Positions 20,089 to 30,133 are shown, counted from the first letter of the stretch. The stretch is 64,000 nt of DNA from an uncultured Chloroflexia bacterium (GCA_963790255.1 CAWBOA010000014.1:96843-160842); one strand, 5' to 3'. Notes: generated from the sequence alone by a model not told the origin. Program-made: numbers and translations.

Positions 20089-20559
20089 CTAGCGCCGAAG
20101 CAGCCTCAGGAGGATCCCCAGTGCCGCGCCGTAGACCCAGTGGGCGGTGAGCATCGTCACCACGCGCCCGCGCCGGTCGCCGGATGCGGGCGGCATGATG
20201 CCGAGCGCTGGCACCCAACCCTGATAGCTCACGAGCCAGATACCCGTCGCGTAAAGCATGCCCGTGAGGGCCGCAATCGCCAGCGATCCGCGCACGGCCA
20301 CCGTTCCTGTCGTGAGAAGGCTGAAGAGAGCGCCAACAACCGCTCCGAAGCCGAGGTGCGCGGCGGCGGCAATGGCATCCTCGGTGCGATCGCCTAGCGG
20401 TTCAACAGAAACCGTGTCGATCGCCCTTCGGATGATCCGCTCGGGCGGCAACTCCCCGGTCACCCCGGCCCGCTTCGCCCCGAGCATCACGGCGCTCATC
20501 GCGACGGTTGAGACGGCACCAGCCATGGCGCCTACCAGCAATGTGGCGACAACCTTCAT
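20089..20559 (-). CDS. DUF1440-like small membrane protein
   Basis: From MKVVATLLVGAMAGAVS; 4 predicted TM helices. The listed ORF start at 20652 is an over-extension. Confidence 0.45.
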   Translation of the reverse strand: MKVVATLLVGAMAGAVSTVAMSAVMLGAKRAGVTGELPPERIIRRAIDTVSVEPLGDRTEDAIAAAAHLGFGAVVGALFSLLTTGTVAVRGSLAIAALTGMLYATGIWLVSYQGWVPALGIMPPASGDRRGRVVTMLTAHWVYGAALGILLRLLRR

Positions 20560-21137
20560 GGTGGCCCTAGAGCAAGGGTCGTACCGCCCAGGCGGCTGCC
20601 ACAAACCGACTCCAGCCGCGTCATCCCCGGGAAGGAGTAATCCCCGGAGCATTTCTGGAGGCCGGCGTCATCTTCACGCACCGATCCGACCGTCGCGACC
20701 AGTCGGCGGCTATGGCGAGCCTTTCCGGCGGACGCCCCGCCCCGGGCGGCTCCGCGATCCGACTCTCGCCGGTCAGGACACCCGAGCGCCAGAGGGTTAT
20801 CACGTGGACCACCCGCGGCTTTCCGGCCCGTCGTCCGCGTTCTGAGCCCCGGATCGCCCCGAGATACCACGGGCGGGGGCAGAACGCCAGAGAAGGCCGT
20901 CTTGTGGGGTTCGGAGCAACCTCGGTAACCGGCCAGTAAGCGCCCCGCCCTAGGCTTGCCCTCGGGCCGTGCTGCGTGACAGCGGAGGGCTGACAACACA
21001 ACCCGAAAGAACGGAACGGCCGGCGGCCTCACACTCAAGCCTCGTCACTCCGGTCGTCCGGTTGGCCGCAACCCTGCGGACGAGGAGCGCGACGACCTTG
21101 GGCGCCAGCGCGGTAGTGTCGATCAGGCGCGGTGCGT

Positions 21138-21902
21138 TCAGCCCGGCACGAGCGTGTTCGCGAAGACCTGCCAGGCCAGCGCCGACTTGGCGACCAGGCT
21201 AAGCGCGACGTACACGTACTCGCCGAACAGGTAGCTCCGCCACGGACCGATCTCGCGGTACTGGAGGACCATGTTGATGGCGAATGAGTTGTAGAACACA
21301 AAGAGCGACACGAAGATCGCGTACACGAAGGCCGGCGGCTCGGCACTCGACCCTGGCGCCCATAGGTAGATCCCGATCGCGATCCATGGCACGGCGCCGG
21401 CGATGCAGCCGAAGACGAACGGCAGCCATGCGGGTCGACCCGGCCGTTCGTAGTGCTCCTGCAGCAGGCCGAAGAGAATCATCGACGCGTTCACGCCGAA
21501 CAGCGCGACAAGCGCCGCAACGTCGGCGATGCCGGTAATCATGGCGATCAGAACAATCATCAGCGACGAACTGAACGAGTACTCGATCCACCGCGCATAG
21601 CTGCGCTTCTCGAGCAGGTTGCGGCGGTACCACGTCCATGTCGGCCCGGCGACGAGCAGGTGGGCGGCCGCGGACATGAACAGGAACGCGGCCACGGAGG
21701 GTCCCAGGGGGAGCATGAAAAGCTCGCTCGTGTCGCCTGTCGTGCCGGGGGGACCTTCCATGAACGTGCCCGTCACGGGCAGCGCGAAATCATTGGAGAG
21801 GGCGACGACGGCGATCCCCTGGATGGCATGCAGCAGCCCCATGCCCACGTTGTACCAGCGCAATCGAATCAGGGAGTTCTCTGGGTCCACGCCGTCCTCC
21901 AA
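21138..21902 (-). CDS. heliorhodopsin
   Basis: 254 aa, 7 TM. Diagnostic motifs shared with characterised heliorhodopsins: RWYNVGMGLLHAIQG, SNDFALPVTG, SLMIVLIA, FGVNASMILFG, FGCIAGAVPWI, FNSFA. The TM7 retinal lysine sits in SLVAKSALAWQVF. Confidence 0.85.
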   Translation of the reverse strand: MEDGVDPENSLIRLRWYNVGMGLLHAIQGIAVVALSNDFALPVTGTFMEGPPGTTGDTSELFMLPLGPSVAAFLFMSAAAHLLVAGPTWTWYRRNLLEKRSYARWIEYSFSSSLMIVLIAMITGIADVAALVALFGVNASMILFGLLQEHYERPGRPAWLPFVFGCIAGAVPWIAIGIYLWAPGSSAEPPAFVYAIFVSLFVFYNSFAINMVLQYREIGPWRSYLFGEYVYVALSLVAKSALAWQVFANTLVPG

Positions 21903-22020
21903 CTCAAGCTAAGCGCTGTTGATGTGGTTCGCCAGCGGAGCGCGTACCGCATGGCATGGGCCGTGCCTTGTATCGGTCGTCGCCGATTGGCAGAAGGCCC
22001 TCCCATTGAAGGAGAACCCA

Positions 22021-22253
22021 TGTACGAGTCCACGGAACGGGCGACCGAGAGCGCCCAGCGCAAATTCTTCAGAGTCACCGACAACATCCCCGAGGAGACC
22101 TGGTATTGGCTCGCGCTGGCGTCCATCGGGGTGTCCGCCTCTCTCAAGCTTGCGAGCAAGAACGATTGGGCGCTCTTTGTGGGGCAGTGGCCGCCAACGT
22201 TCATCCTGTTCGGCCTGTACCACCGACTCATTCGGCCCAGCGCTAAGCCCTGA
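22021..22253 (+). CDS. small membrane protein (77 aa), divergent from heliorhodopsin
   Basis: SD gaaggagaaccc ATG. Sequence MYESTERATESAQRKFFRVTDNIPEETWYWLALASIGVSASLKLASKNDWALFVGQWPPTFILFGLY has two hydrophobic segments. It is the C-terminal part of listed ORF 21453..22253. Confidence 0.45.
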
Positions 22254-22470
22254 GCGCCGACGGGCACGGGGATTTGTCAGTTCCCGGGTCATGCGGGGAC
22301 GGATCGCTTCCGGAAGACGATCTGGAGGTCCTGGGTCGCACCGGTCGCGAATCCCGCCTCGCAGAGGGCCAGGTAGTACTCCCACATCCGGACGAACCGA
22401 TCGTCGAATCCCATCTGCCGCACGGCATCGGTCTGCTCGACGGCGATTCCGTCATGCCCTCACGCCCGCG

Positions 22471-24308
22471 TCACGGGCAGTCAGCAGCGGGAGGAAGGGC
22501 AGCGTGGAGGTGGACGAACGAGGGACGCAACGGGGGACCAACGTCGAAGCCGAAGCCGGTCCGAATATCGTCGATCGCAACGGTCACGCCAGCTTCCACC
22601 AGCGCGTCGACGACCTCGCGTGCGTGGGCGATCGAGATCTCGCAACCGATGCCGCGGCTGAGCGGTGGTTCCAGAAGCCTCATCACCACCTCGCGGGCCG
22701 GAGGCGGCAGGGTGGAAAAGTCCGGTCTCGAGCGGTCGTAGCTGATCCACAGGTGGGTCGGGACGAACGGTGTGATCCCGGGTTGCCCGTACATCTCGGG
22801 CGGCAGCGCCCAAGCCGCTGGATCGCGGAAGAACGCTTCGAGCTCGGCCAGCTCGACCGCCTGCGCTGAGCTGGCCTCGGCAAGACGAGCCTGCAGACTC
22901 ACGTCCGGGACGGTGAGCGGAACACGTCCCCACGTCACCATCACCGATTGGTCGTCGCGGAAGACCTCCATGCTGGCGCTGTCCCTGTCGAGCCTCAGAG
23001 CGAGGTCGCGCTCGAACAGGCCGCTCGACATCACCCTCGATCGAACCAGTTCGACGCCCTCCGGCGTGAGCTGCAACTCGAGGTACCTGTCTTGCTCGTC
23101 TCCACTCCAGATCACGCGTCCATCTTCCAGGACGACGACGACGGACCCATCCGCCGCCCACGAGTTGAACTGGAGCACCGGTTCGCTTGTCGCCGGTTGA
23201 AGGGCTGAATCGTCGGGGCTCTGAGGGCTCCCCCCAGGATGCCATGGACCCGCAGCGCCGAAGTCGAACGTCAGCCTCTCGGAACCGTCAGCGTTCTCGA
23301 TGGCGAGGCCGCAGCACTCGATCGTGTACGCGAGCTGCGATCCATCGGGTGACCAGTACGGACGCTCGCCGCTGGCGACGACCCGCGTGAAGCCAGAGCC
23401 ATCCGTCGAGAAGGTGTAGATCCTCCCCTCGAGTCCGAGCGCGATCCGATCGCCAGCAGGCGACCATGCGAGGCCATACACGTGACTCGGCCCGGTGGTC
23501 GTCTCATTCGACAGGATCCGGTGGGCGTCACTGCCGTCCGCGTCCATCAGCCACACGCTGTGGCCGTGGTCGCCGCCGCCCTCCACGTACGCGATCCGCG
23601 TCCCATCTGGAGAGAACGTCACTTCTTCTACGAAGAGACCCGCGGGAACAGGGAGCATCTCGACGGGCCCGCCGTCGGCTTCGACGACGTACACGCAGCA
23701 GTCCGAATCCGAACCTGCTGGATCCCGTCCGAACGCCGCGAAAACGATCCGCGAGCCATCGGGAGAGATCGACGCGCTTCGGATCTGCATCGCACGATCG
23801 GTCACCTGCGTCTCTGACCCGTCGGCGTGGAGGACGACGAGCTGCTCTTCGCCGTCACCGCCCCGCAGGATGAGGAGCCGGGTGCCGTCGCTGGACCACG
23901 CCATCGGGATCCCCCCTCGGCGGCCACCTGGACTCTCGTCGCACGATCCGGCGCGGCCGGATCGATACCCCAGATTCGGCTGCGGTTTCCATAGACGATC
24001 CAACCGGCGACGGGCTCGAAGATCCCGAGGTCCACAGACTGAGCGGAAGGCGTTGGTCCTGGACCGATGCCGAAGCGTGGGCCAAGGGCTGAGAGCGTCG
24101 CCGCGCCGACGGCGAGTGCTGCGACCGCGGCTGCCGCGTACGTAAGCAGCCTCATCGGTGCAGACGTCCACGAGATCCGAAGATCCCGCTCCTGGGGCGT
24201 GCTCCGGGCCGCGAGCAGGACGGCGTCGATGACCCTGGGCGGCGTCGCATGAGAGCCGTCGTCCAACCATCGGTCAACAGCTCGTTCGAAGTCACGCTTG
24301 TCGTTCAT
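22471..24308 (-). CDS. anti-sigma factor with TolB-like beta-propeller periplasmic domain; frameshift near 23905-23920
   Basis: N-terminal MNDKRDFERAVDRWLDDGS, then a TM helix (ORF 23802..24308), continuing out of frame into a 599-aa ORF with repeated SPDGxRIAY propeller blades. The frames switch at a G6 run. The start overlaps the ECF sigma stop. Confidence 0.65.
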
Positions 24309-24859
24309 GCGGGTCGTCCTTCTCTGAGATCCTGTGTCGCGCGCGCCCCCTCGAACGCGTCGCGAAGCGCCCGGGTTGCGTAGTGCAAGCGTGATCGCGC
24401 CGTCCCGTCCGGGATGCCGAGGGTCTCGGCCACGACCACGAGGGGCAGGCCCACGTGGTGATGCAGGACGAACACCGCGCGTTGGTCGACCGGCAGCCGG
24501 CGGAAGGCCCGCTCCAACTCGTCACGGTCGGAGACCGTCTTGATGTCGTCGGTGTCGCTCGCGAGGTCGGTGTGAAGCACCCGGATGGTCGAGGCCCATC
24601 GCCGGTTGCCCGGCGCGTCCGCGTAGCAGGCATTGACAAGGATTCGGAAGGCCCATCCTTCGAAGCGGTCGGCGTCTCGCAGGTGCGGCAGCTTCCGCCA
24701 GATCGTCAACAGGGCCGTCTGCAGCGCGTCCTCGGCGAGTCCGGGATCGCGGAGAATCCGCCTGGCAACACCCAGCAGGGTGTCACTGACCTGGTGCACC
24801 AGATCTGCGAATGCTTCCTGGTCGCCAGAGCGGGCTCGCTCCACCACAGCTCGGTCCAC
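24305..24859 (-). CDS. ECF (sigma-70 family) RNA polymerase sigma factor
   Basis: Region 2 (FADLVHQVSDTLLGVARRIL, ALQTALLTIWRKL) and region 4 (LPVDQRAVFVLHHHVGLPLVVVAETLGIPDGTARSRL). Confidence 0.85.
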   Translation of the reverse strand: MDRAVVERARSGDQEAFADLVHQVSDTLLGVARRILRDPGLAEDALQTALLTIWRKLPHLRDADRFEGWAFRILVNACYADAPGNRRWASTIRVLHTDLASDTDDIKTVSDRDELERAFRRLPVDQRAVFVLHHHVGLPLVVVAETLGIPDGTARSRLHYATRALRDAFEGARATQDLREGRPA

Positions 24860-25061
24860 ACAGCCTCCGTGAGGTGATCGATGGAACCACCTTCTACGGA
24901 TGATGAGGGTCGTGACAGGCGAAATCGTTCAGCGCCCGAGAATCGCGGGTAGCAGCAGTCCCCAGCCCGTCGAATCCGGGCCGTCGGCCCGCGGCCCCTT
25001 CACGCCATGACCGTCCGCATTCTTGCCAACTCGCGTCGTATGCCTGGGGCACCATGGACGC

Positions 25062-25973
25062 ATGAAGGCGACCGACTGGCTGCTTGACTCCGATCCCGCC
25101 ATCCGCTGGCAGGCGATGCGCGACCTGGTCGACGCGCCCGCCGCCGACGTCTCCGCCGAGCGGGCCCGCGTGGCGCGCGAGGGCTGGGGCGCCGAGATCC
25201 TCGCCGCCCAGGATCCCGATGGGCGATGGAGCGGCGGCACCTTCTTCCCGGAGTGGATCGGGACAGTCGACGCGCTGCACATGCTCTACCTGTTCGGCCT
25301 CGACCCGACCAGCGGAGAGGCGAAACGAGCCATCGCTCCGGTCCACGAGGCGGCGCGCTGGGACTACGACCCCAACATGCGGTTCTTCGAGGGTGAGGTC
25401 GAGCCGTGCATCAACGGCCGCGCCGTCGCGATCGGTGCCTACTTCGGCCAGGACGTGCGCGGCATCGTCGACCGACTGCTGACCGAGCAGATGGCCGATG
25501 GGGGCTGGAACTGCGAGCAGGAGAACGGGTCGACCCGCGGGTCGTTCGATACGACCATCAACGTCCTCGAGGGCTTGCTCGAGTTCGAGCGGTCGACGGG
25601 TGTAAACGGCGACGTGACCGCAGCCCGAGTCCGCGGCGAGGAGTACCTCCTCGAGCGGCGGCTCCTCCGACGCCTCTCGGATGGCGAGATCGGCCAGCAG
25701 CGGTGGCTGGATGTCTCGTTCCCGAACAAGTGGCACTACGACGTCGTGCGCGCGCTCGACTACCTGCGGACCGCCCGCGACTCGCCCGACGAGCGGATGT
25801 CCGAAGCGCTGGGCATCATCGAGTCGAAGCGCGACGCCGATGGGCGGTGGCCGCTCGACCGCGCGTACCACCCCAAGCTCCTGGTCGACCTCGACGAAAC
25901 GGAGGGAGGCCAGAGTCGATGGATCACGCTCCGCGCCCTCCGCGTCCTGCGCTGGGCGGGTCGAGAAGACTGA
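25062..25973 (+). CDS. alpha/alpha-toroid repeat protein (prenyltransferase/terpene-cyclase-like fold)
   Basis: From MKATDWLLDSD: repeated DGxW / GGW motifs (QDPDGRWSGG, ADGGWNCEQ, DADGRWPL) typical of alpha-toroid repeat proteins. Confidence 0.45.
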   Translation: MKATDWLLDSDPAIRWQAMRDLVDAPAADVSAERARVAREGWGAEILAAQDPDGRWSGGTFFPEWIGTVDALHMLYLFGLDPTSGEAKRAIAPVHEAARWDYDPNMRFFEGEVEPCINGRAVAIGAYFGQDVRGIVDRLLTEQMADGGWNCEQENGSTRGSFDTTINVLEGLLEFERSTGVNGDVTAARVRGEEYLLERRLLRRLSDGEIGQQRWLDVSFPNKWHYDVVRALDYLRTARDSPDERMSEALGIIESKRDADGRWPLDRAYHPKLLVDLDETEGGQSRWITLRALRVLRWAGRED

Positions 25974-25996
25974 GGGCTCATTCCCGCAATACGTAA

Positions 25997-26024
25997 GGAG
26001 CCGCCCGGCTGACCGAGCGGCTCC
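25997..26024. terminator. bidirectional stem-loop between convergent genes
   Basis: ggagccgc-ccggctgaccga-gcggctcc, a perfect 8-bp GC stem. Confidence 0.4.
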
Positions 26025-26043
26025 CCTCGTCCGGCGTCGACCG

Positions 26044-27672
26044 TCAGCTGCCGGGGATGTGCATGAGCAGCAGCTGCCCATCCTCCCGACGGGTCTGATA
26101 CGTCAGCACGGGACCGCCGAGGGGCGTGACGTATGTCTGCCCCGCCGGACCCAGGTCCCTGTTCACGTGGGACTGGACGTCGAGGGCCCACCATCCGGGC
26201 CCGAGCCACTCGCTCATATCGATGATCCCGCTCGACTCACCCGCCGAGGGCGCGGTCGGATGCGTGACCGTTGCGACGTGCGTCCATGTCGAGGCGAGGT
26301 CCCAGCGCCAGATCTTGGCGTTGCTGGCGTCCTCCTGGAGCATGAGGCTGCCGTGGTTGACGTCCAGGTTGTCAGGAGCGCGGAAGCCCACACCGGCATC
26401 GATGACGTTGAAGGTCGGGAGGGTCGGTGGCGTCGGATTGGTGAGCTGCTCGGCCAGCAGACCCTGGGCAACGATCGACAATTCATCAACGACCGTCGGA
26501 TCCTCCTCGTTGAGCACCATCCGGAAGACTCGCCCATCGGTGTTGAGGTAGGGCACGGCAGCGGCCGCGGCGCGGAATAGGCGGCCGGTCGCCGGATCTT
26601 CCTTCAATCGGGTCGTACCAGTGTCGGCGAAGTAGATGACGCGGGGATCATCCGGGTCATACGCCATGTCCTCAACGCGCACGAACTGGAACACGTTGTT
26701 CGCGTTCGACCACGCCTCGAGCCCAGCCTGCGGCCGCGCCGCGGTCGTCCCACGGGCGATGTCGTCGGGGACGTGAATGAACTCGCCGGACCAGCTGTCA
26801 CCCGGCTGGATCTCGAGGTAGTCGTTGGCATCGTTCTGTGGGTCGGCTGCGTCGACCGGTCCGGCATCGGTGGCGGTCACGCGGAAGGCCCACAGGTCGC
26901 CCTGGTCGGCCACGAGCGCGTTCGGGCTGGCGGCCGTCGTCATGTAGATCTGCGAGGAGGGCGCGACGAACGTGTCGTCGCCGGAGAGGGCGATGGTCTG
27001 GTTCCAGCCGCCGGGGGCGATCACGGTGTTCTCGTGATTGTGGCGGCCGAAGCTCGGGAGCTCGTTGAAGGCGCCCGTCTTGGTGTTCAGCGCCACGCTG
27101 TAGCCGGCCTGGCGGTACGGGGTGATGGAGGGGTCAGCCCCATAGGGGGCGCCCGCGGGAACTTCGATGACGTCGTCCGACTCCTCATTCACGAAGAACG
27201 TGTAGTCGGAGAAGCCCTCTTCGGGCCCGGCCATGAATGCCGAGCAGAATCGGATGAAGCCCGCCGATGCCGGAAGGACCTCGTCCAGCTTGGTCAGCTG
27301 CATGGTCTTGAGGTCGAGGCGCGCGCGTTGGACGGATGAGTCCTCGAAGTCCGCGAAGCCCGTGAACGGGACATGGGACTGCTCGAACGCGACATAGAGA
27401 TCCACATATCGATGCCCCTGGCCGACCGGCACGACGCCGAGACCATCGGGAATGCCCTCGAACGTCTCCCCGTCGAAGGTATCGCCAGAGTTGATGAGCG
27501 CGATCACGGTTCCGCCTGCGGCGGCGGGCGTCAGGGTGACGTACTCGAATGCCGGATTCGGATATCGGCTCGTGCCAAGCGTCGAGGCCGGTAGGGCAAT
27601 GGCGAGCGCCATGGCGACCGTCAGCGCGGTCAGTGGTCCTCGGCGTCGGCCGCGTGAGAGGCGAGCATGCAT
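26044..27672 (-). CDS. secreted protein with signal peptide, probable beta-propeller (PhoX/DUF839-like?), function unknown
   Basis: From MHARLSRGRRRGPLTALTVAMALAIALPAS (signal peptide). A ~510-aa beta-rich, Asp/Gly-rich body. The family assignment is tentative. Confidence 0.5.
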   Translation of the reverse strand: MHARLSRGRRRGPLTALTVAMALAIALPASTLGTSRYPNPAFEYVTLTPAAAGGTVIALINSGDTFDGETFEGIPDGLGVVPVGQGHRYVDLYVAFEQSHVPFTGFADFEDSSVQRARLDLKTMQLTKLDEVLPASAGFIRFCSAFMAGPEEGFSDYTFFVNEESDDVIEVPAGAPYGADPSITPYRQAGYSVALNTKTGAFNELPSFGRHNHENTVIAPGGWNQTIALSGDDTFVAPSSQIYMTTAASPNALVADQGDLWAFRVTATDAGPVDAADPQNDANDYLEIQPGDSWSGEFIHVPDDIARGTTAARPQAGLEAWSNANNVFQFVRVEDMAYDPDDPRVIYFADTGTTRLKEDPATGRLFRAAAAAVPYLNTDGRVFRMVLNEEDPTVVDELSIVAQGLLAEQLTNPTPPTLPTFNVIDAGVGFRAPDNLDVNHGSLMLQEDASNAKIWRWDLASTWTHVATVTHPTAPSAGESSGIIDMSEWLGPGWWALDVQSHVNRDLGPAGQTYVTPLGGPVLTYQTRREDGQLLLMHIPGS

Positions 27673-27860
27673 CGCAAAACTCCTCCTATCTTGCGTCCGC
27701 ATCCACGGCCGTTCTCGGTGCGGTCCGGAGCGGTTGGGTTGGACGGTCATAGTGCCACCATCGGCCTGAAGCGGCGCGCCATCGGCCGACGACACCGGTG
27801 CCGCTGCGCACCAGCGAGGGCGCCCGCCTCGATGCCCGGCGGTCGCTACGATCGGCTGGC

Positions 27861-28535
27861 ATGCAGGACGCCACACCGATCCGCTTCGAGCTCCGCCGTG
27901 GAGCGGTCACCGCCATCCCGCTGGCGATCGCCGTCGGGCTGTTCGGGGTCTCCTTCGGCGTCCTCGCCGCCACGAGCGGCGGGATCGGCGGCGTGCAGGC
28001 GGTGCTGATGAGCGCCAGCACCTTCGCGGGGTCCGCGCAGTTCGCCGCGGCGTCGGTGCTGAGCGGCGGCGGACAGCCGGCGGCAGCCATCGCGGCCGCC
28101 CTGCTCCTGAACGCCCGATACCTCCCGATAGGGGTGAGCGTCGCGCGCTTCCTCCCCGGGGGCCCAGCGCGCCGCTTCCTCCAGTCGCAGCTCGTCGTCG
28201 ACGAGTCCTGGGCCATCGCTGCCCGCGGTGAGGGGGAGTTCGATGCGCATCGATTGGTCGGCGCCGGGATCGCGCTGTGGCTGGCGTGGGTCGGGGGAAC
28301 CATCATCGGCGTGGTCGGCGGCGAGGCCCTCGGTGACCCCGGGGCGCTCGGGCTGGATGCCGCGTTCCCGGCGCTCTTCCTCGCGCTGCTCCTGCCACAG
28401 CTCAATGACTCCCGCGCGATCCTGACGGCCGTCCTTGGTGCGGCGATCGCTCTCGCCCTGGTGCCGTTCGCCCCGGCCGGGTTTCCGATCATCGCGGCCG
28501 CCGGCGCGGCCCTCATCGGGCTCCGGCGGCGATGA
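27861..28535 (+). CDS. azlC: AzlC-family branched-chain amino acid exporter permease
   Basis: From MQDATPIRFELRRGAVTAIPLAI; polytopic AzlC pattern. Confidence 0.75.
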   Translation: MQDATPIRFELRRGAVTAIPLAIAVGLFGVSFGVLAATSGGIGGVQAVLMSASTFAGSAQFAAASVLSGGGQPAAAIAAALLLNARYLPIGVSVARFLPGGPARRFLQSQLVVDESWAIAARGEGEFDAHRLVGAGIALWLAWVGGTIIGVVGGEALGDPGALGLDAAFPALFLALLLPQLNDSRAILTAVLGAAIALALVPFAPAGFPIIAAAGAALIGLRRR

Positions 28536-28843
28536 GCCCGTCGTGGCAGGTCGTCGTGGCCATCGGCCTCGGCACGATCCTGATCAAGGCGGCGGGACCG
28601 GTGGTTCTCGGGGGCCGCCCACTGCCACCGCGGGTCCGGTCAGTGGTCAATATGCTCGCGCCGGCGCTCCTCGCCGCGCTGGTGGCGACGACGGCATTCG
28701 GGGATGGCCAGGCGCTCGTGCTCGACGCGCGGGTGGTCGGCCTCACGGCTGGCGTGCTGGTCCTGGCGCTGCGCGGGCCGGTCCTCCTTGTCGTGGTCGT
28801 TGCCGCGGCCGCCGCGGCGCTCACCCGGCTCGTCGCCGGGTAG
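28532..28843 (+). CDS. azlD: AzlD-family small membrane protein
   Basis: 103 aa, hydrophobic, stop/start coupled to azlC. Confidence 0.7.
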   Translation: MSPSWQVVVAIGLGTILIKAAGPVVLGGRPLPPRVRSVVNMLAPALLAALVATTAFGDGQALVLDARVVGLTAGVLVLALRGPVLLVVVVAAAAAALTRLVAG

Positions 28844-28849
28844 CGTTGG

Positions 28850-30133
28850 TCAGCCCTCGGCCGGCGCTCCGGACGCGGTGTCGGTGACGGGCGCATTGGC
28901 CGGGTCGGTGCGGGGGATCATCGTCGCCGCCGTGATGGCCGATGCGATGGCGCCACCGATGCCCAGAACGATGATCGCCGCCTCGATGGAGCGCTCGGCC
29001 AGCAGGCCCGCGACCGCGGCGCCGATCGGCACGCCGAGGTAGTTGAAGGCCATCGAGACCGAGAACGCCCGGCCGGTCCAGGCCGGATCGGTCCGGCGCT
29101 GACGAACCGTGAACAGGGCGATGTCCATCGGCCCGACGAGGATCCCGACGAGCAGCATCTCGACCACAATCAGGCCGATGCCGATCGGGATCGCCGGCTG
29201 GCCCGCGGCGACGAGCAGGAGCGCAACGGTCGGGATGAGAACGACCATCGGCCAGACCAGGAGGCTCCACTCCCGGCCGCGCGTGTCCATGCGGCCGAAC
29301 AGGAATGCCGACACCATGCCGCTGACGCCGGAGACGGCGAAGGCGAGACCGACCACCGCCTCGTTGAGGCCGAAGCGCTGGAGGATGAGGAGCGGCAGGA
29401 CGATGGTCGTCATCCCGTGGGCCAGGTTGCCGAAGGTGACCGAGAAGCCGAGCCCGCGCAGGGTCGGGTTCGCCCACGTGTACCGGACCCCGGCCCAGGC
29501 GTCGGCCAGGATGCGGCCGGTCGACGCCGTCGCCGATGCCGGATCGGGGACGCCGATGAGGGCGAGGGCCGCGATCCCGAAGGCCACACCGATGAGCAGG
29601 AGCGCGACCGGCCCTCCGTAGAACGCCACCAGCGCCGCCGCGATGGGCGGCCCGACGATGACGGCCACCACGTAGCCGTTCGAGTCGACCGCGTTCACCC
29701 GCTCCCAGAGCGGCTCGGGCACGAGGATCGGGAAGAGCGAACGCAGGCCGACATGGCTGAGGATCGAGGTCAGCGACGACACCACCGCGATCAGGAGCAG
29801 GAGCGGGCCCGGCAAGGCGTCGGCTAGGGCGAGGAAGCTGATGACAGCCATCGCGGTCAGGGCGACGACGTAGTCGAGCGCGACCAGGCGGATCCGCCCG
29901 TGGCGGTCGAGGAGGGCTCCCGCGATCGGGCTGATGAGGAGGCCGGGGAAGATGCTGGCGAAGGTGACGAGGCCCGCGAAGGCAGCCGATCCGTATCGGT
30001 CGAGGGTGAAGAGCACGATCGCGACGCCGACCATCGACTGGGCGATGCGGGCGATCTGCATCGAGATGAGGACGCGTCCCAGCGTCGGGACGCGCAGCAG
30101 CGCACGGTAGGAGCGATCGATGTCGTCGGTCAC
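28850..30133 (-). CDS. MFS transporter
   Basis: 427 aa, 12 TM; GxLLDRHGR motif between TM2 and TM3. Confidence 0.75.
   Translation of the reverse strand: MTDDIDRSYRALLRVPTLGRVLISMQIARIAQSMVGVAIVLFTLDRYGSAAFAGLVTFASIFPGLLISPIAGALLDRHGRIRLVALDYVVALTAMAVISFLALADALPGPLLLLIAVVSSLTSILSHVGLRSLFPILVPEPLWERVNAVDSNGYVVAVIVGPPIAAALVAFYGGPVALLLIGVAFGIAALALIGVPDPASATASTGRILADAWAGVRYTWANPTLRGLGFSVTFGNLAHGMTTIVLPLLILQRFGLNEAVVGLAFAVSGVSGMVSAFLFGRMDTRGREWSLLVWPMVVLIPTVALLLVAAGQPAIPIGIGLIVVEMLLVGILVGPMDIALFTVRQRRTDPAWTGRAFSVSMAFNYLGVPIGAAVAGLLAERSIEAAIIVLGIGGAIASAITAATMIPRTDPANAPVTDTASGAPAEG

Noticed and set aside
20560-21137. tmRNA, SRP RNA or 6S RNA in the ORF-free region
   Set aside because: No tRNA-like 3' end (GGTTCGATTCC...CCA), no ALAA tag reading frame, and no SRP domain-IV motif were found by eye. 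Only the weaker RNase P-like similarity is retained as a finding.
24894-26081. 395-aa minus-strand ORF
   Set aside because: Antisense to the alpha-toroid protein gene; no motifs.
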